Origin: Candidatus Bathyarchaeota archaeon | GTDB taxonomy: Archaea > Thermoproteota > Bathyarchaeia > TCS64 | Length of the DNA: 64,000 bases | Direction: 5' to 3' | NCBI GenBank assembly: GCA_963769425.1 | Contig: CAVYLP010000004.1 | Location: forward strand, 96,001-160,000 | Shown: piece by piece, positions 18,693-28,144 of the stretch | How the letters are laid out: each line of letters starts with the position of its first letter | Position numbering within the stretch: position 1 is the first letter of the stretch | Translations under genes and position numbers: made by a program | Notes under the pieces: generated by a model | Database searches by the model: none | Told to the model about the DNA's origin: nothing | Seen by the model: only the letters and a program-made list of their open reading frames with translations

Positions 18693-19047
18693 CTAATCAG
18701 CCTTTCGGGGTGTGAGCCAACCCGTCAGGTCCTGGCAGCTGACCGGGTCCCTGACGCCGCTCTCGAAGCACTTGTCGATGTCGGCGCAAATCATACACGG
18801 GCACCCCTCTATGCTGTCCATCGTGACCAGCTCCTTCTTGCTAAACAGCTTGTAGCTCCACCTTCCTTCGTGTAGTACCTTGCGCCTCTCTACTGAACCT
18901 TTCTCTTCGAAGCGGAGGGCGAGCCTCGACCCCTCCCTGCTGCTTACGCCGAGCTCTTTCCATAAGTTCGCTCTGCATTATCCCGCCCTCACCCGCCTCG
19001 AAAATAATCTTCAGGGCGCGCTGCTCGAGGCTATTTTTATGGGACAA
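18693..19047 (-). CDS. RPC34/hRPC39-like transcription factor (TFE-beta): winged helix plus Fe-S cysteine cluster; frameshift near 18963
   Basis: Rejoined protein: SHKNSLEQRALKIIFEAGEGGIMQSEL/WKELGVSSREGSRLALRFEEKGSVERRKVLHEGRWSYKL...GCPCMICADIDKCFESGVRDPVSCQDLTGWL. Lies between tbp and the Sec11-type peptidase. Confidence 0.8.
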
Positions 19048-19060
19048 GGGTCTCTCCCGA

Positions 19061-19684
19061 CTATTCCTCGTAGTAGATGAGGTCGTAGTCCTCAAGGATG
19101 CCGTGCAGCTTCTCCACGGCTTCGCGGACCATGTCCTCATGTTTGGCGCCTGTGCAGACGAGTTTGCCGCTCGCGAAGAGGAGCATTACGACCTTCGGTT
19201 CACCCATCCTGAAGATGAGGCCGGGGAACTGCTCGGGCTCGTACATGACGTTGTCCATGATGTCGGCTGCTGTCTCGAGGTCTATCTTACCGTGGAGGTT
19301 CGCCGAGGCGACTATGTTCTGTATGACGATCTTCGGCTTGCCGAGGATGATGATGCCGTTGGTCTTCAGCTCCCTGACGACCTTCTTCACCGCGCTCCGT
19401 GCCTGTTTCTCTGACTTGGCGCCGGTACAGACCATCTTACCGGATCCGAAGATGAGCGTCGCGGTCTTCGGCCTCTTCAGCCTGAAGACGAGGCCGGGGA
19501 ACTGCTTGGGGCGGTACTCGACGTTGCGGAATACCTTCATTATCGCGAGTAGGTCGATCTTCTGGTCGAGGGTCGCCGAGGCGACGACGTTCTCGATGCT
19601 TATATGTAGGTCCTTCTTTTCAGCCACGTCCTTGACGCTTACGGGTAGGTCTTTCTTCTCAGCCAATTGATCTTCACCAATCAT
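19061..19684 (-). CDS. tbp: TATA-box binding protein
   Basis: Two repeats of NVVAS/NIVAS...Y.P.QFPGL.FR...LIFGSGKMVCTGAK. Confidence 0.98.
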   Translation of the reverse strand: MIGEDQLAEKKDLPVSVKDVAEKKDLHISIENVVASATLDQKIDLLAIMKVFRNVEYRPKQFPGLVFRLKRPKTATLIFGSGKMVCTGAKSEKQARSAVKKVVRELKTNGIIILGKPKIVIQNIVASANLHGKIDLETAADIMDNVMYEPEQFPGLIFRMGEPKVVMLLFASGKLVCTGAKHEDMVREAVEKLHGILEDYDLIYYEE

Positions 19685-19690
19685 CCATGA

Positions 19691-20017
19691 TTAGAGGTCG
19701 TCCAACCTGCCCAGCAGATCGGTAGGCAGTAGGTCTTGGTTTACTATCTCAACGACGGGGAAGCTGCTTACATTGGGCTCGTGCTGCACATTCTCTGAGG
19801 AGCCGATCTCGCCGCTGTAGCTGTTGTACGTGATGAAGTTGCCCTTGATCGGCTCCTTCTCCTTGACGAAGTAGAGGAACATCTCGTGTAGTGTCCCGCC
19901 CACTAGGAAGTAGAGGTGGGATTTGTCGTTCGCTAGGTGCTGGATCACCCCGCTTGAGGGGGAGGATGCTACGAGCATTATTAGGTCCCTGAGGGACCGA
20001 AGTTGAACGAACTTCAT
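19691..20017 (-). CDS. Hypothetical protein upstream of tbp (TACK 'cren protein'-like)
   Basis: Clean ORF co-oriented with tbp and preceded by a TATA-like box. Confidence 0.7.
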   Translation of the reverse strand: MKFVQLRSLRDLIMLVASSPSSGVIQHLANDKSHLYFLVGGTLHEMFLYFVKEKEPIKGNFITYNSYSGEIGSSENVQHEPNVSSFPVVEIVNQDLLPTDLLGRLDDL

Positions 20018-20246
20018 GGCGTTACCTTATAAAGGGTGCATTCAAGTATATAAATAGTTTAAATATGTCTAAATGTTTCAGCTTGAGTTAAATTCGTTTC
20101 ATGAGAATAACGTCCCATTTATATAATTTGACTCATCCAGATCAATTCATCAAATAACCATCTTACACGTTTATGATCTATACCTTATACGCCTCGACTA
20201 CTCCTTGAAGCAGGTTTATATCAAACACTTTTCCACCATCTGAAGC

Positions 20247-20687
20247 GTGAACATCTCCGATCTTCTGGTTGTCCTTCAGACGTCGCTCGCCCCCTGCGTC
20301 TTGATCAGCGGCGTCGGGCTCCTAGTTTTATCCATGACGAATAGACTTGGTCGCCCCCTGGATAGGATTAGGGCGCTGACGGGTGAGATCAGTAAGGCTG
20401 ACGGTAGTCAGAAGAAGGTGTTGCTTGAGGAGATCGATATTCTGTACAGGAGGGCGAGGCTTCTCCAAGCCGCAGTCACCTTCTCGGTTCTGAGTATCTT
20501 CTTCGTGGCGACGATCATCTTCTCGATATTCGTGACGGTGATGTTTGGTACGGGACTCGAGGGACTCATTGTGATTCAGTTCTCCGCGAGTCTCATCGCC
20601 CTCGTCGTATCCCTCGTGCTCTTCGTCTGGGATATTCAGCTCGGCCTCAACTCGATTAAGATAGAGATTGATCGCTGGAAGCCATAA
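20247..20687 (+). CDS. DUF2721-like membrane protein
   Basis: LAPCVLISGVGLLVLSMTNRLGR..DRIR...LYRRARLLQ.A, three TM segments. Confidence 0.8.
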   Translation: MNISDLLVVLQTSLAPCVLISGVGLLVLSMTNRLGRPLDRIRALTGEISKADGSQKKVLLEEIDILYRRARLLQAAVTFSVLSIFFVATIIFSIFVTVMFGTGLEGLIVIQFSASLIALVVSLVLFVWDIQLGLNSIKIEIDRWKP

Positions 20688-20768
20688 TGACCCCGGTGCG
20701 CCCTCTATATCCTGCTACGTTTTCTATATAGAATAGACCTAAACCACTGATGTACACAGCCCTGATCG

Positions 20769-21206
20769 GTGAAGAAAATGAACTGCAAGGTATGCGGGGA
20801 GACCAACCCAGAGGACGCGAGGTTCTGCAGCCGCTGCGGCTCCAGCCTTAGCGTTGACGGCCAGAGTTTCATAGTGGCCACGATGCCGACGATCCCTGGT
20901 TATAAGGTGAAGAAAGTGATAGGGATTGTGTCGGGCATCACCCCGAGGACGAGGGGGATACTCGGGAAGTTCATCGCTGGGATCGAGTCTATGATCGGCG
21001 GTGAGGTCACGGCGTTCAGCTACGAGATCGAGAAAGCACGCGCAGAGGCGATCGACAGAGTCAGGGCTAAGGCGGTGGCGATGGGCGCGAACGCCGTCCT
21101 GAGTGTGGACATCGAGACCTCGGATATGGGCTACCAGATGGGCATACTAGTCTTCTCAGCGACGGGCACAGCCGTTGTAGTGGAGCCAGAGACACAAGCG
21201 AACTAG
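20769..21206 (+). CDS. Zinc-ribbon plus YbjQ/UPF0145 heavy-metal-binding domain protein
   Basis: CKVCG...FCSRCG, then IPGYKV..IGIVSG, GGEV, GANAV, ATGTAV. Confidence 0.88.
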   Translation: MKKMNCKVCGETNPEDARFCSRCGSSLSVDGQSFIVATMPTIPGYKVKKVIGIVSGITPRTRGILGKFIAGIESMIGGEVTAFSYEIEKARAEAIDRVRAKAVAMGANAVLSVDIETSDMGYQMGILVFSATGTAVVVEPETQAN

Positions 21207-21737
21207 TCTGTTTTCCGCTGAATGTCGAAAATAATCGGTGCGAAGAACTCCTTCTTCGCCCTGCAGATGGGGCAGAGGTAGGGTGGTTCCTCGCGGTAGA
21301 CGACGTAGCCGCACTGTTTGCAGTACCAGAGCTTGTTCCCTTTTGTCTGGGGAGTTGCTACTGATTGAGTCTTCGTTTCCTCCGTTGGCTTTGGGGTGAG
21401 GTCAGGGAACATCTTCTCGGCGGGTCTCCGCTCCGGTATAGGTATGGGTTTTCCAGAGTCGTAGATTGCCTTGTTGACGTAGAGGCTGCAGTAGCAGGCG
21501 CCGTACTCGGCGAGGTCGGGGTCGCGGTAGTCGCAGGGGCAGATTATGTCACGGTCCTGCTCGTAGACGCCTGTGGCGGGTCTGCAGGGGCAGGAGGGGT
21601 AGCCGTAGCGGTCCTCGTTTGTCTTCAGGCCCTCGAGTAGGTCTTGTAGGAACTTCTGCTCGGGGAGTGAGGTAGTAGCCGTGCATCTTTGCGTCGGCTT
21701 CAGCTCGTTGCTTGACTCTTTCTAACGTGATACTCAA
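21203..21737 (-). CDS. Ferredoxin:thioredoxin reductase catalytic domain fused to a rubredoxin-like domain (FDR-like); frameshift near 21665
   Basis: Rejoined frame gives GYPSCPCR...ICPCDY...GACYCSLY...IPERR, then WYCKQCGY...LCPICRA. Confidence 0.85.
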
Positions 21738-22018
21738 AGGCCTAACGCCCCTAGGATCTTCTCTGGTTGGTAGCCGCTGATGAGTTGGGTTTCGTCAATG
21801 ATTACGATTGGGAAGCCGAGGGGGGCGTTGCGCTTCTGTAGGTCTTCTATAGCGGCCTTGCGTTCCTCTGCTTTTAGGACGTCGACGTCGAGGTATTCGT
21901 AGGCGACGCCCTTCTCCTTGAGGAGTTCCTTCGTCTTCTTACACCAGCCGCATGTGCTGAGGGTGTAGAGGAATACCCGGTGTTGTTTCTTGTCTCCGTC
22001 AACCTTGGTGATGGGCAA
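21734..22018 (-). CDS. Glutaredoxin-like protein
   Basis: LSTCGWCKKTK, GFP cis-Pro; overlaps the start of the FTR-like gene. Confidence 0.9.
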   Translation of the reverse strand: MPITKVDGDKKQHRVFLYTLSTCGWCKKTKELLKEKGVAYEYLDVDVLKAEERKAAIEDLQKRNAPLGFPIVIIDETQLISGYQPEKILGALGL

Positions 22019-22121
22019 CTGAGAATTCTCCTTTGGTAGGTTTCTCTCTGCGAGGTTAATAAATGGTGATTCGGCTCGGAATCGTCTTCTAGGTGTTCGG
22101 CCGTGTTTGTTTTGATCTGTT

Positions 22122-23351
22122 TTGGGCGGGGTGAAGGTCTGGGACGGCTACAGGGCGTATGGTTACCTTGAGGCGGGGTTCGACTACAGGGTCTTCAAGC
22201 TTACGAGGGGGGCGGGGAGGGTTCCCGAGTATAAGGTTTCACTCTCGAGAGCGGAAGAGGAGAGGTTTAAAGGGCTCATAGAGGGGAACACCGTTGTCGA
22301 CCTGCATGAGCATCCTGTTCTCTACCCGGAAGACATGGCTCAGCTACCGGAGGTTAATGGGCTTGGGCGACAGTTCACCGCCTACGAAGATATCGCGAGA
22401 GCTGGCGTGGACTGTGTTTTCGACCATATGATGGATGGTATGAGCTATATTACGAGCTTCAGCGGTTGGAAGTGGGACGACATCGTCCACGACATCGGTA
22501 TCAGGCTCTGTGATCTGGCTCATCAAGGCACGGTCATCCATTGCAAAGGTCTAAGTGACGTTGAGGAAGCGCGTAGGAGCAGGAGGATCGCCCTCGTTCT
22601 CTGCTTAGAGTCAGCAACACCGATAGAGAACGAGATTGATCGTGTCGATGTTCTCTACGGCCTCGGCGTTAGGAGCATGGGTGTCTGTTACTCCGAGTCG
22701 AACATGCTTGGTGGAGGCATGGGTGAGAGCAGGCTTGACTCAGGTTTGACCGACTTTGGCTATGATGTGGTGAAGAGGATGAATAAGGTGGGGATGCTCG
22801 TCGATGTGGGGCACACGAACGATAAGACGGCGCTTGAGACAGTCGAGGCGTCTGAGGACCCGATCTATAACAGCCATAGCGGTCCAGGGGCGATTGCTCA
22901 GGGTCACACGAACGGTGACGAGTTCCTGCATGCTCTGGCGGAGAGCGATGGGTTGTTGGGCGTCGGTGGAGCGGGTAGAGGTCTCAGGACGAGGAAGCAC
23001 CCGATCGGAAGCATCGACAGCTACGGTGAGTGTCTCGCTTACTGCATAGATTTGATGGGAGTGGACCATGTCGGGTGTGGACCTGACTCCTTGTACGGCG
23101 ACCATCAAGCACTCTACAGGGTGTGGTTCCCTAGACGGATGGGTCACTATAAACGGCCAGGCGCGGGTGATGTTGAGGAGTTCCCTATCTCGAGTGGGGA
23201 GGTTGACCTGGGCTATGTCAGTGGGCTTGAGAATCCGAGTGAGTTCACGAACATCGCTCGGTGGATGGTGGCGAATGGTTACAGTGATGGTGAGATCGGT
23301 AAGGTGATGGGTGGAAACGCGCTCAGGCTCCTTAAGCGGGTGTGGGGCTGA
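22122..23351 (+). CDS. Membrane dipeptidase family (M19) protein
   Basis: DLHEH, LES, GLTDFG..VVKRMN..GMLVDVGH, SH, GVDHVGCGPD, KVMGGNALR. Confidence 0.88.
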   Translation: MGGVKVWDGYRAYGYLEAGFDYRVFKLTRGAGRVPEYKVSLSRAEEERFKGLIEGNTVVDLHEHPVLYPEDMAQLPEVNGLGRQFTAYEDIARAGVDCVFDHMMDGMSYITSFSGWKWDDIVHDIGIRLCDLAHQGTVIHCKGLSDVEEARRSRRIALVLCLESATPIENEIDRVDVLYGLGVRSMGVCYSESNMLGGGMGESRLDSGLTDFGYDVVKRMNKVGMLVDVGHTNDKTALETVEASEDPIYNSHSGPGAIAQGHTNGDEFLHALAESDGLLGVGGAGRGLRTRKHPIGSIDSYGECLAYCIDLMGVDHVGCGPDSLYGDHQALYRVWFPRRMGHYKRPGAGDVEEFPISSGEVDLGYVSGLENPSEFTNIARWMVANGYSDGEIGKVMGGNALRLLKRVWG

Positions 23352-23601
23352 TCCTTCTTCTGAGTATCGATGTGCATACGATCAGCCAGTATGTGTAGTT
23401 TGGTAGGGTTAGGGCGAAGCTTAGCCAGTAGCCCTGCTGGGCGTAGTAGGCTAGGGCTAGGCCTATTGCGAGTACGATGAGTAGGGTGCCGGGTAGGTTG
23501 TAGCCTTTGAGGACCTTGCGGTCCTTGAAGGCGGTGTAGAGCATTAGGAAGCCGCTTAGGAAGAGAAAGAGGTTGCCTGCGTCGAGTAGGAGGGTGTCCA
23601 C
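23332..23601 (-). CDS. Small 3-TM membrane protein
   Basis: Hydrophobic 89-aa ORF with a PQ-loop/SemiSWEET-like layout. Confidence 0.6.
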   Translation of the reverse strand: MDTLLLDAGNLFLFLSGFLMLYTAFKDRKVLKGYNLPGTLLIVLAIGLALAYYAQQGYWLSFALTLPNYTYWLIVCTSILRRRISPTPA

Positions 23602-23734
23602 GGTTGTGTTTGGTTGTTTGGGTTGATAATTGTTGGGCTCTATTGCGGGTTTTCTATGTTGATCGTTTTCATCATCATGAATCTTTTTTCACAGGGGAGT
23701 GGCGCGCGCATCGAGTTCTTGACGAATCATGTTC

Positions 23735-24553
23735 CTATTTTTGGGTGGCACGTTTCCCTATGTTTGTGACGATGATCTCCCTTATTGGGCCTCTTCCTGT
23801 GGTCTTCGTGTTTATGCTGCGGTTAGCGTGGACGGTCACGGTCCTGAAACCCCTGTAGAGCCTCTTCGCGGGTTCGCTGTTGCTAAGGACGAATAGGACG
23901 CCTCGGGCGTCGAGTTCACGGATCGTCTCGCTGAGCCTCTCCTGCTCGGCCCAGGGGAAGCCGTTTTGGCTGTAGGTGTTGAAGTTGGATGTCCTGCTGA
24001 GGGGCTCGTAGGGGGGGTCGAGGTAGACGATATCTCCCTCTTGGGCTGCTTCGAGGAGGTAGGAGAAGTCCTCGTTCCTGATCTCGACCCGTTTCAGTGC
24101 CTCGCTAGCTGAGTAGATGTCGTCCTCGGGAACTATGGTGGGGTTCTTGTAGGTGCCGAACGGGACGTTGAAGACGCCCCTACTGTTAACCCTGTAGAGG
24201 CCGTTGTACCCGGTCTTGTTCAGGTATAGGAGGATGGCCGCGTCCTCAACCGGCGCGAGCCCGTCCTCGTTGAACCTGTCCCGAAGCTGGTAGTAGGTGT
24301 CTCTGTCATAGGAATATTTCGATGCCTCCTCGATGAGCAGGTTCGGCTCGTCCCTCACGACCCTGTAGAAGTTAATGAGTCGGTGGTTAACGTCGTTCAC
24401 GGTCCCCCTCCTCGGCTTGACTGTGAAGAAGAGTGCACCACCTCCGAGAAATGGCTCATGATAGGCGCGTTCGGCGTAATCAGGTGGGAAGATTGCGAGT
24501 ATAGCCTGTATCAGGCTTCTCTTCCCCCCAGCCCACTTTAGTATTGCCGTCAT
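23735..24553 (-). CDS. dam: Dam-family (D12 class) N6-adenine DNA methyltransferase
   Basis: LKWAGGK, EPFLGGGA, YLNKTGYNGLYRVN..G.FNVPFG, YLDPPY. Confidence 0.9.
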   Translation of the reverse strand: MTAILKWAGGKRSLIQAILAIFPPDYAERAYHEPFLGGGALFFTVKPRRGTVNDVNHRLINFYRVVRDEPNLLIEEASKYSYDRDTYYQLRDRFNEDGLAPVEDAAILLYLNKTGYNGLYRVNSRGVFNVPFGTYKNPTIVPEDDIYSASEALKRVEIRNEDFSYLLEAAQEGDIVYLDPPYEPLSRTSNFNTYSQNGFPWAEQERLSETIRELDARGVLFVLSNSEPAKRLYRGFRTVTVHANRSINTKTTGRGPIREIIVTNIGKRATQK

Positions 24554-24596
24554 CGACCAGCATCATCTTCTACTTCGAAACACGTTGAAGTGGCGG

Positions 24597-24626
24597 TAAC
24601 GACATAACTATATAGTTATATCGTTA
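24597..24626. promoter_or_regulatory. 30-bp near-perfect palindrome (dif-like site or operator)
   Basis: TAACGACATAA-CTATATAG-TTATATCGTTA with one mismatched pair; lies in the divergent gap between dam and a small ORF. Confidence 0.55.
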
Positions 24627-24676
24627 TGGTGGAAGGCTCTCGATAGCCATAATTACATCCCTTCAATCTCGATCAC

Positions 24677-24940
24677 TTGATGAGACCTCGTATCTTAGTC
24701 GTGAGCCTGGTCGTTGTTGCCATAACGCTTCTAGCCATGCTATGGGGTTCGACCTACTCAGTCCCCGACCTCGTTAGGGTCGACTACGGGCTCCCACTTA
24801 GGTGGGGGAGCAACACCCTCGACACGCTGGCGGGGCCCGTGGACCGGTGGTCCGTGGACATGATGTCCCTCGCGTTGGACCTCATCTTCTGGTTCGCGAC
24901 GCTGTTAGTTGTTCAGTTCATCGTCTCCAGACGATGGTAG
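24677..24940 (+). CDS. Small membrane protein
   Basis: Two TM segments flanking a YGLPL.W loop. Confidence 0.65.
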   Translation: MMRPRILVVSLVVVAITLLAMLWGSTYSVPDLVRVDYGLPLRWGSNTLDTLAGPVDRWSVDMMSLALDLIFWFATLLVVQFIVSRRW

Positions 24941-25025
24941 GCCCCTTTTTTCCCACTATCCGGGGATATTCCAAGAAATGAGAAATCGGGTCAGATGCGG
25001 CGTAGAAAAAAGCCGATGGCGTTTT

Positions 25026-25922
25026 CTAGAAGATGTCCTTGCCGTCCACCGCGAGGAGCCGTGACCAGTTCTCGGTTGTGGTCTCCTGGATCGAGGCGAT
25101 CTCCTCGTCTTTCAGGTGTCTGAACCTGCCCTGCATCTTGAGGGCCTCTGAGACGGGTTTCAGCTCCCTCGGCTTGTACGTCAGCTTGAAGCTGTGCCCG
25201 TCGAGTATCTCGTAGAGCGGCCAGAGGCCCGACTCGACTGAGAGCCTCGCGAGCTTTATCGTGTCCTTCGGGTCAGTGCCCCACCCCGTCGGGCAGGGGC
25301 TGAAGATGTGCATGTACCTGAAGCCCTTCAGCTCCTTCGCGTATACGATCTTCGCCGTGAGGTCCTCGGGGTAGGCGACTGAAGCCGTACCGACGTACGG
25401 CACGTGGTGCAGGGCGAGTATCATTGGGACGTTCTTCTTCTCCGCGGTCTTCCCCCTGCTCATCTTGGCGATTGGCGTCGTCGTGGTGCTCGCGTGCGAG
25501 GGCGTGGCGCTGCTCCTCTGCCCTCCCGTGTTCATGTAAGCCTCGTTGTCGTAGGTGAACCACATCACGTTCTCGTTCCTCTCGGCGGCCCCGGAGAGGC
25601 CCTGGAACCCGATGTCCGCGGTCCCCCCGTCCCCGATGAGGCCCGCGACGATGATGTCCTCCCTTCCGATGATCTTGTAGCCCCTCGAGAGGCCCGTCAT
25701 GAAGGCCGCCGCTCCCTCGAAGGCCGGGCCGAAGAAGCTGGGCACGCGTATGTTCATGAAGCCCGGGGCGCAGGAGGCGACCTCGACTCGAGCCGAGTTC
25801 CTTCCCAACGCCTTGAATACAAGCCTGCCGACGATGGACCCGCCGCAGCCCTGGCAAGCGGGGTTGCCCGACCACATGACCTCCTCCTCTCTGAGGTCCC
25901 GTATGCTCATTTTCTTGCTCAT
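25026..25922 (-). CDS. porB: 2-oxoacid (pyruvate-type):ferredoxin oxidoreductase beta subunit
   Basis: GNPACQGCG, GDGGTADIGFQ, DNEAYMNTGGQRS, SPCPTGW. Confidence 0.9.
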   Translation of the reverse strand: MSKKMSIRDLREEEVMWSGNPACQGCGGSIVGRLVFKALGRNSARVEVASCAPGFMNIRVPSFFGPAFEGAAAFMTGLSRGYKIIGREDIIVAGLIGDGGTADIGFQGLSGAAERNENVMWFTYDNEAYMNTGGQRSSATPSHASTTTTPIAKMSRGKTAEKKNVPMILALHHVPYVGTASVAYPEDLTAKIVYAKELKGFRYMHIFSPCPTGWGTDPKDTIKLARLSVESGLWPLYEILDGHSFKLTYKPRELKPVSEALKMQGRFRHLKDEEIASIQETTTENWSRLLAVDGKDIF

Positions 25923-25926
25923 ATCA

Positions 25927-27180
25927 TCACCCTATCCATGTGGGAGCGTTGTCCACTCCGCCACCCTTGAGCGTCATATCGGCAGCCTTCTCGATGTCCC
26001 GTACCCTGACCTCGCGACCGGCGAGTCCGGCGTAGAAGCCTAGCACCTTCGGTCTCTCCTTCATGTCGTAGACGGCGCTCCGTATGGAGCCGTATGCGAT
26101 GCCGTTCTCCCCGAGGGAGATGTTGCGGTCGATGACGCCGATCGTCTTAACACGCTTGCCGATGTCCCTGAACTCCTCGTCGGGGAACGGCCTGTATGAC
26201 TTGAGCTTGACGAGGCCGATCTTCTTTCCCTGCTTGCGTAGGTTGTCGACGGCTACGCGTGCGGTGCTGGCGAGGGTGCCCATGGCGACGATGACGGCGT
26301 CGGCGTCCTCGGTGCGGTACTCCTCGACGAGGCCGTCACCGTAGCTGCGCCCGAAGAGCTTGCCGTAGTCCTCGTTCACCTCAGTGATGACCTTCTTCGC
26401 CCTCATCATGGCCTCCTGGTGCGCTCTCCACCTCCACTGGAGGTCGTGGCCCTTCCAGCTGATCATGGTCAGGTGGCTGAAGTTCTCGTCGCCCGCCCAG
26501 GGTGTGAATGGCTCGTTGATGCTCTTGCCCTGCGCCCAGTGCTTCTTGTACTCCTCGAGGTCGTGGTCCCACGTCTCGGGGAGGACTGGGTACTTCGGTC
26601 TTGAATGGTGGTAGCCACGCGTCGACCTTCTCCTGCTCTGGGATGGATGACGGGCTCGGCGGTGAAGCTGAGCACGTAGCCGTCCAGTGCGTAGGCGACT
26701 GGGAGGCGGACGCGGTCATCCTCCGCGATCTTGTACGCCATGATGCCCGTGTCGAGCACCTCCTGGTTGTTCTCGCAGTAGAGCTGAATCCACCCCGTCT
26801 CCCTCTGCGCGAGCAGGTCGGTGTGGTCGGGCTGCATCGTCCGTGACACTCCTGTTGCAGACCGCCATGACGACGGGTGCCCAGTAGCGCGCCGTGTGGT
26901 GGAGGGCGTGGCACATGTAGAGCAGTCCCTCGCCCGAAGTCGCAGTGAAGGCCCGTCGCCCCCGCGATGCTGCCCGAGAGGCAGACGAGCTGCGCCGTGA
27001 TCTCACCCTCGACGGTGACGAACTCCGCGGGGAGCTCGCCGCTCGCCACGAACTCGGATAGGTACTCGACGATCGTGGTCTGCGGCGTGATTGGGTAAGC
27101 CGCTATGAGGTTCGCCCTCGCGAGCTTCGTCGCGTAGGCCACCGCCTTGTTGCCAACCATTACCTCTGACTTCAACTCAT
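25927..27180 (-). CDS. porA: 2-oxoacid:ferredoxin oxidoreductase alpha subunit (several frameshifts)
   Basis: [25 protein letters not shown] and [16 protein letters not shown] are spread over successive frames. Confidence 0.85.
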
Positions 27181-27430
27181 TGCACCTCTTCCCTCTCCAT
27201 CTTCACGGCACCCACGAGGCACTCCTCGGCGCAGATGCCGCAGCCCTTACAGTAGTCGTAGTTGATCTCGGCCTTGTCCTCCACCATGCTCTATCGCGGT
27301 CTCGGGGCAGTAGACCCAGCACCGTTTGCAGCCCACGCACTTCGCCTTGTCGACGACGGGATGCATGACCCTCCAGTCGGAGACGATCCGCGAGTAGGAG
27401 ATGAGCGGCTGGGTGGACGCCTTCTTGACC
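27177..27430 (-). CDS. porD: 2-oxoacid:ferredoxin oxidoreductase delta (2x4Fe-4S) subunit, frameshifted
   Basis: [25 protein letters not shown].../[16 protein letters not shown]. Confidence 0.8.
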
Positions 27431-27439
27431 TATCTCGGC

Positions 27440-28020
27440 CTTCTTGAGGCCGGAGGCGTCGACGGGGGCGTGTCGTCGCCTCGTACGCCTTCTTCATCGC
27501 CTCGACGTTGTTCGGGATGAGACGCTCGGCCAGCTCGCCGTGTGCAGCGACTCGGCGAGTGAGTCGAGCTGTGACGAGCCCCGTCGCCTTCGCGAATGCG
27601 CCCGAGTATCGCTGTGTTCGTGATTGGCCGACCGAGAACGTCGAGCGCGATCTTCGTCGCGTCGACCGTGGCGATCTTGAAGTCACCGGCGAGCCCCGTG
27701 TCCTTGAGCGTCCCCCGGGTGGTTGATGATCACGAGCCCCCCTTCTTGAGGCCGTCCGTCACGTCGACGCTCCTGTTGAGGAGTGGGTCGAGGACGACGA
27801 CTATGTCGGGCTCGTGGACTAGGTCGCGTTCCCTGATGCGTGTGTCGTCTATCCGGCAGAAGGCGGAGACCGGGGCTCCGCGCCTCTCGTTGCCGTACAT
27901 CGGGATAGCCTGTGTGTACTTGCCGTCGAGGTGTATCGCCGACGCCAGTATCTTCACGGCGGTGACGGCGCCCTGGCCGCCCCTACCGTGGAAGCGTATC
28001 TCTATCAAGTGAGTAACCAA
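27440..28020 (-). CDS. porG: 2-oxoacid:ferredoxin oxidoreductase gamma subunit, frameshifted
   Basis: [33 protein letters not shown]; C-terminal [10 protein letters not shown] lies in another frame. Confidence 0.85.
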
Positions 28021-28144
28021 CAGATATCCCGGATTTTTTACGGGTTAAAAGGTCTTGCAGAAAGTAATGGCGCAATGCCCACGGGGTTTGAGGCTAGAAG
28101 CTCCTTATCTCCTCTTGACCCGTTGTCGGGTTCGACAAGCCGAT

